Source of the DNA: Patescibacteria group bacterium
GTDB lineage: Bacteria; Patescibacteriota; Minisyncoccia; UBA6257; GWB1-50-10
DNA length: 56,238 nucleotides
NCBI GenBank assembly: GCA_023380415.1
Contig: JAMCRC010000025.1
Span: 1-56,238 of the forward strand
Direction of reading: 5' to 3'
In this document: positions 1 to 8,135 of the stretch, in pieces
Position numbering within the stretch: position 1 is the first letter of the stretch
How the letters are laid out: every line of letters starts with the position of its first letter
Program-made: the position numbers and the translations under genes
Notes under the pieces: model-generated
Databases searched by the model: none
Seen by the model: the letters and a program-made list of their open reading frames with translations, nothing else
What the model was told of the DNA's origin: nothing

Positions 1-1061
1 AGCTCCTCGAAAATGGTCCCGCCTATCCGGCGATACCACTCATCGACAGCGGAGCACAGGCCGACGACCGTTTCGTCCATCATGAACCCCTTTCGCCCAG
101 GATGGATCCTGACCTTTTCGGCCAGTATCTCTCCTTCGAAGAAGCCTGACGTCAGCGCTTGGGCGGCCTCTTTATGAAGCCACTCGCTTGACGCATTGGC
201 GAAAGTCGAGGCGTTTATGCGGTAATCGTTGTCCGTTTCGCCGAACTTGATGACGCCGCGGCGGCCTTTCTCCGTCAGTTTGGCCAAATAGAGGTTGAAG
301 GTGACCTTGCCCGCATCGGTATCCGTAAGAGTGACCGTTTCCAGTTTCTCGCCGGCATACGGTTCGGCTTGGATATCGATGGCGCGTTCCTTCTTGCCGC
401 TTTCGTCCTGGAAGCGGAGGGAAACTACTGTATCGAGACGCTTCATGGTCACGCCGAACTTGGCCAAGATCTCGTCCTTTAACGAGTCGAAGGTCAGCCG
501 GCTGATGATCTTGTCCTTGCTGTAGTTCTCGAGGTGGACCTCGGTTTTCCATTTGACCGGGGTCTTGCCGCGAGGCGGCGTCGATCCGCGGTCGAACATG
601 AGGTCGCTGCGATCCCGGCAAGGAACATGCACTTCGTCCATTTGGGCGATGTTCTTGCCCACGAACTCCCACTCGATGTAGTTCTTCCCGTCCTTGGTCG
701 TGGTGAAAAGATAGCGGTCGCATTTGTCGAGCGGCGCCACCAATCCCATGCCGAACCGCCCCAATTGCTTCTTGTTCTTGAGCGACTCGAGCACCGAGGC
801 GAGGATCTTATCGAACTCCTTCCGATCGCGGCCTTCGCCGTTATCCTTGATGGTAACGGTACGGGTCCTTTGATTGACCGACAGCCAGACATGCTGAGCG
901 CCGGCGTCCAGGGCGTTTTGCACCGCCTCCAGGATAGCGTCCAGCAAATTCGGATATTGTTTGGCGACCAGGATAAGGGTCAGCCCCATGGAGGCCGTCT
1001 TGAACAGGCTATAGCCGATCAAACTGCCTCTGCTTCTATCACTTGCAACTGATGCCTTCAC
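1..1061 (-). CDS. GHKL (HATPase_c, MORC/Hsp90/MutL-like) ATPase, 3' end beyond window
   Basis: Not in the ORF track because there is no stop before the window edge. Manual translation from GTG at 1061 (SD AAGGAGA) gives MKASVASDRS...LDAILEAVQNALDAGA...TIKDNGEG...LGRFGMGL...KTEV, i.e. Bergerat motifs ExxxNxxDA, DNGxG, GxFGxG and T. The frame is open for 353 codons. Confidence 0.85.
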   Translation of the reverse strand, partial: MKASVASDRSRGSLIGYSLFKTASMGLTLILVAKQYPNLLDAILEAVQNALDAGAQHVWLSVNQRTRTVTIKDNGEGRDRKEFDKILASVLESLKNKKQLGRFGMGLVAPLDKCDRYLFTTTKDGKNYIEWEFVGKNIAQMDEVHVPCRDRSDLMFDRGSTPPRGKTPVKWKTEVHLENYSKDKIISRLTFDSLKDEILAKFGVTMKRLDTVVSLRFQDESGKKERAIDIQAEPYAGEKLETVTLTDTDAGKVTFNLYLAKLTEKGRRGVIKFGETDNDYRINASTFANASSEWLHKEAAQALTSGFFEGEILAEKVRIHPGRKGFMMDETVVGLCSAVDEWYRRIGGTIFEE

Positions 1062-1091
1062 TGCTTTCTCCTTTCTGTTCTTTCTTTTTTC

Positions 1092-1781
1092 TTACTGCTT
1101 TTTCGAGATTATTTCCCTGGCCTTCTCGCTGCAAAGCTGGCTCATTAGGTTCGATGCCCTGAAGAAGGTCTCGTCGCCCGCCAAAGCCCGCATGCGCCTC
1201 CGGTCTTCGGCCGTAAAGTCGTCCGATACGACCCGAGAACCGAAGAGGACCGCCAACTTGGCGACGTAGGCCATCGTTTCGACGGCCATCTCCTTTTCGG
1301 ATACGGTCTTCTGCGGATGCAACAAGGCGGGGTCCCATTTCGGCATTTGCGGATCGGCGGAGCGGGCTTGTTTGAGCCCCGCCTCGACAATGGCCGCCAT
1401 CGTCCGGATCTTGTCCGGGGCCGCCTTTTCCTTCCCATGCAGGACCCGCAACAAAGAGTCGCCGTGCTTGTAGGAAAGTTTCTGGCGCGCCGCGTCGAAT
1501 GGTATCGCCCCGGCGGCCACTAACCGGCCGAAGGCCCGTACCGTGCCGTCCATGGCCCCTATTTCCGTCACGACATATCCTTTTGTCTCCAAAAAGAACA
1601 TCGTTTTCAGATAAGGGAGCCCGACGGGCTTCTGCGTGCCTTTCGCCCAGCGAGAAACCGTGCTCGTGCGCACGCCGGCATAATCCCTTAGCTCCCGCTT
1701 TTTTGCGAGCGTTTCCGCTCGGGGATCGGTGCTGGCGATAAAGTGCCTCAAGCAATCCATCACGTTCCCTTGAAAGTCCAT
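1092..1781 (-). CDS. Protein with two XRE-like helix-turn-helix segments, probable DNA-binding regulator
   Basis: 229 aa ORF with SD AAAGGAGGT. ELRDYAGVRTSTVSRWAKG is XRE-like, and AARQKLSYKHGDSLLRVLHG is a second, weaker HTH. Confidence 0.65.
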   Translation of the reverse strand: MDFQGNVMDCLRHFIASTDPRAETLAKKRELRDYAGVRTSTVSRWAKGTQKPVGLPYLKTMFFLETKGYVVTEIGAMDGTVRAFGRLVAAGAIPFDAARQKLSYKHGDSLLRVLHGKEKAAPDKIRTMAAIVEAGLKQARSADPQMPKWDPALLHPQKTVSEKEMAVETMAYVAKLAVLFGSRVVSDDFTAEDRRRMRALAGDETFFRASNLMSQLCSEKAREIISKKQ

Positions 1782-1850
1782 CTTCTATTACCTCCTTTGG
1801 ATTGTTCGTTCCTGTTTTCCTATATTCTTCATTTAAAAGGGCGTAGAAAG

Positions 1851-1915
1851 AACATACAACTTATACCGCAAAGCGTCAATATATCCTTGACCGAATTAGG
1901 AAAAGAATGTATCTT
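1851..1915. promoter_or_regulatory. Back-to-back divergent sigma70-type promoters
   Basis: Minus strand TTGACG-17-TATGTT; plus strand TTGACC-17-TATCTT with TG extension. They lie in the AT-rich gap between divergent ORFs. Confidence 0.55.
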
Positions 1916-1966
1916 GACCCAGCGATCGGTAAGAAAGCTATTTAAAAACAGCAGAAAGGAAAGACC

Positions 1967-2239
1967 ATGCTAGCAGAGGCCGTGGTCGGAGCAGTGGCCG
2001 GTAAGACGGACCAGCGCTACGCTATCGCCTACCTTTCGGAATCGACCGATGACGTCTCCAAAGACGAGGCGATCACGTTCTCCCTGAAGGTTTGGAAGGG
2101 AGAGTGCGAGCCGCAACGGGGACAGGTCGTCCTCCTCGGCCGGATCGAAAAGTTCGTGAAAGGATGGCGGGCGCTTTATGCCAAACCGGTAATTCTGAAG
2201 CTCAGCAAACAAGCAACAGCAATAAGGAGAAAGAAATGA
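1967..2239 (+). CDS. Small hypothetical protein (beta-rich, possibly OB-fold-like)
   Basis: 90 aa ORF with SD AAAGGA; ATGA overlap with the next gene. The fold is a guess from the alternating beta pattern. Confidence 0.6.
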   Translation: MLAEAVVGAVAGKTDQRYAIAYLSESTDDVSKDEAITFSLKVWKGECEPQRGQVVLLGRIEKFVKGWRALYAKPVILKLSKQATAIRRKK

Positions 2240-3033
2240 GAAAAGGGTTCGTTAAATTCGAAGAAATGCAGGAACCTTTCTACGTTCGAGTCGAGCTTGA
2301 CGAAGAAAGAGTCCTGTTCTTTATGGAACTTTTTCAGAACAAGGCCGCGGTCGACCCGCTATTGCTCACCGAGAGCAAAAAGCTGGTCGACGGCCGGCAT
2401 CGCAAGGCGGCCCTCATCCGCCTGGGCCGCGACGGTTACGACTGCAATATAATCGCCGACGAAGAAGCGGCCAAATTGATCCTCCGGGCCTTCAAGGCGA
2501 ATTTCGGCGGGCCCAAGCCACCGACATCCGAGGACCTCGACCACACGATCGAGCTGCTTCTCAAGGAAGGCATGAGCCGACGTTCGGTGCTTCACGACAT
2601 GAGCGCGAAGCTGTCCATGCCAAAGGAGCTTATCCGGCGCCATCTGGATGACGTCCAGTCGAAGATGGCCAAGAAGAAACTCACCGACGCCGCAGCCGCC
2701 GTAACGGACGGCAATATATCCGTTAAAGAGGCCGCCGAAAAATTCGGCGTCGCCGCCAATTCCATCCGGTCCCGCCTGCGGGCCAATGCCCAGAAAAAGG
2801 ACCAGGTGACCGAGGGCGAGATCAACACGCTCAAGGGAAATATGACGAAGGGGTTCCACAGCTTGGCCATGAAGAATTCCCACGCCATCAAAAAGGCCAT
2901 CAAGGCCTACAAAGACGGCATCGTGAGCAAGTCCGAAGTCGAACAAATGATCGCCCATTCCGAGCACCTGATCCACAGCCTCGAACACTCGGTCGCTGAA
3001 TGGAAGAAACGCTTCCAAAAAACAGCCAAATAA
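2236..3033 (+). CDS. ParB/Sulfiredoxin-like N-terminal domain protein with C-terminal HTH
   Basis: The real start is probably ATG 2236 (SD TAAGGAG, ATGA coupling). PLLL...LVDGRHRKAAL is the ParB/Srx signature, and ISVKEAAEKFGVAANSIRSRL is an HTH. Confidence 0.75.
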   Translation: MRKGFVKFEEMQEPFYVRVELDEERVLFFMELFQNKAAVDPLLLTESKKLVDGRHRKAALIRLGRDGYDCNIIADEEAAKLILRAFKANFGGPKPPTSEDLDHTIELLLKEGMSRRSVLHDMSAKLSMPKELIRRHLDDVQSKMAKKKLTDAAAAVTDGNISVKEAAEKFGVAANSIRSRLRANAQKKDQVTEGEINTLKGNMTKGFHSLAMKNSHAIKKAIKAYKDGIVSKSEVEQMIAHSEHLIHSLEHSVAEWKKRFQKTAK

Positions 3034-3064
3034 TCACCCGCTCATTACCGATCGCGATATTCAT

Positions 3065-3092
3065 CCCCGCCCCATCCGGCGGGGTTTATTTT
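3065..3092 (+). terminator. Intrinsic terminator
   Basis: CCCCGCC/GGCGGGG hairpin followed by TTTATTTT. Confidence 0.7.
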
Positions 3093-3203
3093 CTCGCGCT
3101 CTACCTTGACAGAATCATTGTTATAATCTAATATCCAAAGACCGTAATTCGAAAAACGAATAGCACCGCAGGATAAAAACCGATACGAAAGGAGGGATTT
3201 CGC

Positions 3204-3797
3204 ATGGATCCCGATAAGAATAGGCAACAGGAAGTATTGGAAAAGAAACTTCGCGACGTCCTCGCCACCGTGAACGATGCGTCGGGGGCGATGAAATACC
3301 CGGCCGAATATCTCAAGTTCAAGAAGGATATCATCGTTCCCCATCTCAGGATCGCCTTGGACCGCTTCAAACGCGGCGTCCAGGATATTTGCATCGACTG
3401 CGGCAAGGAAATACCGGCCGAACGGCTGGAAAAGATCCCGGCCGCCATCCGGTGCGCCCGCTGCCAGACCCGATTCGAGAAAGGCGGCGGACCCTCCGGT
3501 AAGGAGAGGAAAGAGGCCGCGATATTCGAGGCCTACCGCGAAGCCCGGCTTAAGCTGAAGCCGAAGCTTTCGGCCTCCCAAGACGAATTCGATAACGCCG
3601 CTTACGAGGTCTGGTCAGAAGCGACCCATAAGATAGTGGACTGCCCCTGTCGCGTGGGGCACCCAGAACTTTGCATCGAGCGCCTTTCCAAAGAGGAGAA
3701 GATCGACATGCTCCGGGGAACCGTCCTGGGATTCGACCGATTCCTCGATCTTATCGCTGTGGCGAAACAGATCGCCCAGGCGATCGCTAGCCGTTAA
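3204..3797 (+). CDS. DksA/TraR-type C4 zinc-finger protein with C-terminal extension
   Basis: CIDCGKEIPAERLEKIPAAIRCARCQ motif; SD AAAGGAGG; upstream TTGACA-17-TAATAT. Confidence 0.8.
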   Translation: MDPDKNRQQEVLEKKLRDVLATVNDASGAMKYPAEYLKFKKDIIVPHLRIALDRFKRGVQDICIDCGKEIPAERLEKIPAAIRCARCQTRFEKGGGPSGKERKEAAIFEAYREARLKLKPKLSASQDEFDNAAYEVWSEATHKIVDCPCRVGHPELCIERLSKEEKIDMLRGTVLGFDRFLDLIAVAKQIAQAIASR

Positions 3798-3804
3798 AAA
3801 CACA

Positions 3805-3829
3805 CCACCCGCCTCCGGGTGGCTTTTTT
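3805..3829 (+). terminator. Intrinsic terminator
   Basis: CCACCCG/CGGGTGG hairpin followed by a T run. Confidence 0.7.
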
Positions 3830-3838
3830 ACGTGCGCG

Positions 3839-4552
3839 TCAGGCCGCTTTCTGGAACTGGGAAGAGCTCTCTTCGGCTGATTGGGAAAAATCGAAACCGC
3901 GGAACAGATAGGGTGATTCGCTTTTTTGGTCCGCTTGGTCCTCGAAATCGTCCGGGAAGGAATCCTTGCTCACCCTCATCGCGATGAAGGCCACATCCTC
4001 CGGGTCGATGGCCCCTTCGGCGACGCGCACGAATTCCCGATCAAGCCCGCCGGGTATGTTCTCTTCGTCATCGACGCCCCTGATCTTCAGGTCCTTCCCT
4101 TCCTTGAAACCGACCACGGCGATCAATTGCCCTTGGCCGACCGAGGCGTGGCCTTCCATGAAGGCGTTCTGAAGCCCGCGATTGTCGCCGTAACCGGACC
4201 ATCTGGCGCAATTCGGATACATCCGGCCGTCGGCCGCGAGGTCGCGATCGAAAGCGAGCGGGATGGATTCGTGTCCCAGCAAAGCGGCGGCCAGTTTCAT
4301 CGGGTCCTCGCGGCGCACCAAGAAATTGCCGCGGAAGTTCTTATAGAACTCGTTAATATCCTCATAAGGCCTCCCGCCGGCCTCGCCCATCGCCTTCATG
4401 AAATCTCGGGCGAATTCTTTGACCAGCTTCTTCTGCGGTTCATCGGCGGTCTTTATGGACTCGATGCTCCGCACCTCGCTCAAAAGACGCTCTTTTATTT
4501 TGTCTTTTTCGAGCGGCGGCTGGTTGAAGTATTTTTCGATCGGCAGTGTCAT
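3839..4552 (-). CDS. Hypothetical protein
   Basis: 237 aa ORF starting 3 nt after the ileS stop, with normal protein-like composition. Confidence 0.7.
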   Translation of the reverse strand: MTLPIEKYFNQPPLEKDKIKERLLSEVRSIESIKTADEPQKKLVKEFARDFMKAMGEAGGRPYEDINEFYKNFRGNFLVRREDPMKLAAALLGHESIPLAFDRDLAADGRMYPNCARWSGYGDNRGLQNAFMEGHASVGQGQLIAVVGFKEGKDLKIRGVDDEENIPGGLDREFVRVAEGAIDPEDVAFIAMRVSKDSFPDDFEDQADQKSESPYLFRGFDFSQSAEESSSQFQKAA

Positions 4553-4555
4553 GGA

Positions 4556-7500
4556 TTACTTGGATTTTAGCAGACCAAGCCAGATAGGCCAATCGTCCAG
4601 CTTCGTCTCGAGCTCGGCGTCAAAACGGTCCTTGCGGCCGAATTCGACGCTTTTTGCGTTCACTTCCCGTTTCAAAAGCTCGGCGTTCGCGGTCACGATA
4701 TGCCCTATCTCTTCCGGACCGCTTACCATGAGCGTTATTTTGTCCTTCGGCTCCAGGCCGGCGTCCTGGCGGAGTCCTTGTACCATCCGGGAAAGCTCCC
4801 TGAACCAACCCTCTTCCCTGAGCTCGTGGGTGATCTCGGTATTCAAAACGAAATCCTCTTTCGATCCTGCGGCATGTTTCACCCGCTTCACGTTGATCTC
4901 GTCGGCCAGAACGGCCGCTAATTCTTTGCCGATCTTGGCCTTGACCGTGAGCTCCGAAAGCGGCTGGCGGACCTTGATGCCCAATTCCGCGCGCTTGGCG
5001 AGCGCGGCGCTCGCCAGGTCCCTGACCGTGCCCATTTCCTTTATCAGTTTCTTGTCGGCGGCGGAAAGGGACCGTTTGGCCGGCCAATCGGCCAGATGGA
5101 CCGACCGATCGCCGTCCAGGGACAAATAGAGCGCGTCCGCAAAGAATGGCGTGAATGGGGCAATGAGCTTCGCCACTTCCGTAAGCACGCACCCGAGCGC
5201 GGCCGAAGCGGCGGCATAGTCCCTTTTATCCTCCGGCTTTTGGAAACGGCGGCGGCTGCGGCGGATATACCAGCGCGAGAGGTCGTCCACCAGGCGCTCG
5301 ATGTCGTTCGCCGCGCCGTTCACGTCATAGTGGTCGAGCGACTTGGTGACCCTACCGGCCGTCTCGGCCAAGCGGGCCATTATCCATGCGTCCAAGACAT
5401 TAGTGTATTTAGTATTTGGTATTTTGCGTTTAGCGCTGCGGTCGGCATACGTCTTATAGAAAACGTATGAGTTGTAGAGCATCGTGAAGAACTGGCGGGA
5501 GTTCTTCGACAGTTCCGCTTCATCGAATTTTTTCGGCTCGCCCGGCGGGTTCACGGTGTAGAAATACCAGCGGACGGCATCAACGCCGTGCTTATCCATC
5601 ATCTCCCAGGGGCTCACGATGTTCCCTTTCGACTTCGACATCTTTTGGCCGCTTTTATCCAAGACCAGGCCTAGAGAAACGACGTTCTTATACGAACGGC
5701 CGCGGCCAAGAATGGTCGCAACGGCAAGAAGGGTGTAAAACCAACCGCGCGTCTGATCGATGCCCTCAACGATATAGTCGGCCGGATAGGCCGTGAGCTT
5801 CTCGAAGGGATAATGGTCCTCGGCGAATGGCATGGCGCCGGAGTCGAACCAAACATCGATGACCTCGCTCGCCCGCTTCATCTTCGCGCCGCACTTGTCG
5901 CATTTGAAACTGACGGCGTCCACGTACGGCCGGTGCAGATCGGCCTCTCCGTCTCCGTTCCTCGGAAGCGGCCGGAATTCGGAGAAGAACCGGCCGGCCG
6001 GAGGCATAAGCTCGCCGGCGAACTCCTGACCCATCCCTTCCCTTTCTTTTATGGCCCGGAACGTATCCCACCCCTCGAGGACGCTCGCGAGCATCCAAAG
6101 CGGATGCTCGTGGCCGATGACGAGAATGGTCTTCCCTTTCTCGCTCTTTTCGATCTCCTGGACGAAGTCCCAAGCCCGGCGCCGCACGTCCGCGAGCGTC
6201 TCACCGCCCTTCGGAGCGGTGGTGAACTTGTCGGCCGTGGTCCTAAAGAGAGCGTGATAGTCGCGGAGCGGGTGGCCGTTCACGTCGCCCGCATTGATCT
6301 CCCTGAGACGGCGGTCGAACTTCACGCCCTTGAGGCCCAGTTCTTTCTTCATTATCTCCGCGGTCTCCTTGGTCCGCGTAAGATCCGAGGAAAAACAAAG
6401 GTCGATCTTCTCCTTTTTCAAGGAGGCGGCGGCCTTCTTTACTTCGGCCCTGCCCCTGGCCGTGAGGTGGTACGGTCGCTTTTCCGGCCAAGAATCGATT
6501 ATGTTCTTCACGTTCTGCTCGGCCTCGCCGTGGCGCATAAGGATGTACCGGTTGCCGGAGCTCTTTCCTCCGGACGCGAGCTCGTCGATGCTTCCCACCG
6601 CTTTCGCGTGACCGCATTTCTCGCAGGTCCAGACCGGCAGAGGCGTTCCCCAATACCTCTCGCGCGATATCGCCCAATCCTTGACGTCTCTGAGCCATTC
6701 GCCGAAGCGGCCGGTCTTGATGGTCTCCGGCACCCAGTTGATCTTTGCGTTCTCCCCGAGCATTTCGCCCTTCAAGCGGCTCATGCCGATGAACCAGGAA
6801 TCGCGGGCGTAATAAATGAGCGGCGTGCCGCAGCGCCAGCAGAACGGGTAATCGTGAGTGTATTTCTCTTCGCCGAAAAGGCGGTTTTCCTTCTTCAAAT
6901 ACTCCAGTATTTTTGTCTCCGTTTCGGGGGCTTTGACGTAAAGGCCGGCGAACCCTTTTATTTCCGGGATGAATTTACCCTCCAGGGTGACCGTATGGAA
7001 TGTCGGCAACCCCACCTTAACGCCCAGCTCATAATCGTCCTCGCCGTACATCACGGCCGTGTGGACCACGCCCGTGCCATCCTCGGTCGTCACGAAGTTC
7101 GCTTCGTAGACCTTGTAGCTCGCCGGCGTCTTGAGGTGTTGGATGTCGAAAAGCGGCTCGTACTCGAGGCCGACCAGCTTTTCGCCTTTTACCGTTCCGA
7201 GATCGGCGAAGTTCTCGTGGAGGACCGAGGCGAGCCGCGGCTTGGCCAGGATGAAGGTCTCGCCGCTTTGGACCTTCACGAGCTGGTAATCGATGTTCTT
7301 ACCGACCGCGAGCGCGACGTTCCCGGGGAGCGTCCAAGGCGTCGTTGTCCAGGAAAGGATGAAGGTCTCGCCGTCGATCACGGTGCGGCCGATCTTCTGC
7401 CCCTTCTTCAGGCGGAACTTTATGTAGACCGAGGTGTCGGTCGCCTCTTTGTATCCCTGGGCCAGCTCATGCGACGAAAGGGCCGTCCCGCATCGCGGAC

Positions 7501-8041
7501 ACCACGGCACTATCTTGTGGCCTTTGTACAGAAGTTTTTTGTTCCACGCTTCCTTCAAGACCGACCAAACCGACTCGATGTAATCGTTCGCGTAAGTGAC
7601 GTAGGGATGGGACATATCGAGCCAAAAGCCCATGCGTTCGGTGAGCCGCTCCCATTCATCCTTGTACTGCCAAACGGATTCCTTGCATTTCTCGTTGAAG
7701 GCGGCGATGCCGAACTTTTCGATCTCCTTTTTCGATCTGAGGCCGAGCTTCTTTTCGACCTCGATCTCGACGGGCAGGCCGTGCGTATCCCAACCGGCCC
7801 GGCGCGGAACGTAATAGCCCGCCATCGTCTTATAGCGCAGGATGATGTCCTTGAATGAGCGCGAAAGGACATGGTGGATGCCAGGCCGGCCATTCGCCGT
7901 GGGCGGACCTTCGTAAAATACGAATTGCTTGGCCTTCTCCCGGTTCTTGAGGGACATCTCGAAGACCCGGCTTTCTTTCCAGAATTTAAGGACTTTTTCT
8001 TCGACCTCCGGCAGAGAGAACTTGTCGAGGTTTTCGAGCAT
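4556..8041 (-). CDS. ileS: Isoleucine--tRNA ligase (IleRS2 type) with inserted histidine phosphatase domain
   Basis: FYEGPPTANGRPGIHH, GWDTHGLPVE, WTTTPWTLPGN, DWAISRERYWG, EGIDQTRGWF and KMSKSKGN motifs. An RHGE domain is inserted at about 5945-6560. Confidence 0.97.
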   Translation of the reverse strand: MLENLDKFSLPEVEEKVLKFWKESRVFEMSLKNREKAKQFVFYEGPPTANGRPGIHHVLSRSFKDIILRYKTMAGYYVPRRAGWDTHGLPVEIEVEKKLGLRSKKEIEKFGIAAFNEKCKESVWQYKDEWERLTERMGFWLDMSHPYVTYANDYIESVWSVLKEAWNKKLLYKGHKIVPWCPRCGTALSSHELAQGYKEATDTSVYIKFRLKKGQKIGRTVIDGETFILSWTTTPWTLPGNVALAVGKNIDYQLVKVQSGETFILAKPRLASVLHENFADLGTVKGEKLVGLEYEPLFDIQHLKTPASYKVYEANFVTTEDGTGVVHTAVMYGEDDYELGVKVGLPTFHTVTLEGKFIPEIKGFAGLYVKAPETETKILEYLKKENRLFGEEKYTHDYPFCWRCGTPLIYYARDSWFIGMSRLKGEMLGENAKINWVPETIKTGRFGEWLRDVKDWAISRERYWGTPLPVWTCEKCGHAKAVGSIDELASGGKSSGNRYILMRHGEAEQNVKNIIDSWPEKRPYHLTARGRAEVKKAAASLKKEKIDLCFSSDLTRTKETAEIMKKELGLKGVKFDRRLREINAGDVNGHPLRDYHALFRTTADKFTTAPKGGETLADVRRRAWDFVQEIEKSEKGKTILVIGHEHPLWMLASVLEGWDTFRAIKEREGMGQEFAGELMPPAGRFFSEFRPLPRNGDGEADLHRPYVDAVSFKCDKCGAKMKRASEVIDVWFDSGAMPFAEDHYPFEKLTAYPADYIVEGIDQTRGWFYTLLAVATILGRGRSYKNVVSLGLVLDKSGQKMSKSKGNIVSPWEMMDKHGVDAVRWYFYTVNPPGEPKKFDEAELSKNSRQFFTMLYNSYVFYKTYADRSAKRKIPNTKYTNVLDAWIMARLAETAGRVTKSLDHYDVNGAANDIERLVDDLSRWYIRRSRRRFQKPEDKRDYAAASAALGCVLTEVAKLIAPFTPFFADALYLSLDGDRSVHLADWPAKRSLSAADKKLIKEMGTVRDLASAALAKRAELGIKVRQPLSELTVKAKIGKELAAVLADEINVKRVKHAAGSKEDFVLNTEITHELREEGWFRELSRMVQGLRQDAGLEPKDKITLMVSGPEEIGHIVTANAELLKREVNAKSVEFGRKDRFDAELETKLDDWPIWLGLLKSK

Positions 8042-8135
8042 TAAGCTGATTTTAAATGAAAAAAACGGCGTTTGCCAGCGGTTTTGGGCGGTTTATACTT
8101 AGGTCAGTTCTACCACAAACCAATAGGAGGTAGTC

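Noticed and set aside
172..1052. ORF-track entries 172..723, 494..892, 534..1052 and 295..525
   Set aside because: They are off-frame or antisense shadows of the GHKL ATPase frame (1061 to the window edge), which has clear motifs and an SD.
5813..7858. 681-aa plus-strand ORF
   Set aside because: Antisense to ileS with no motifs; expected from GC-rich codon usage.
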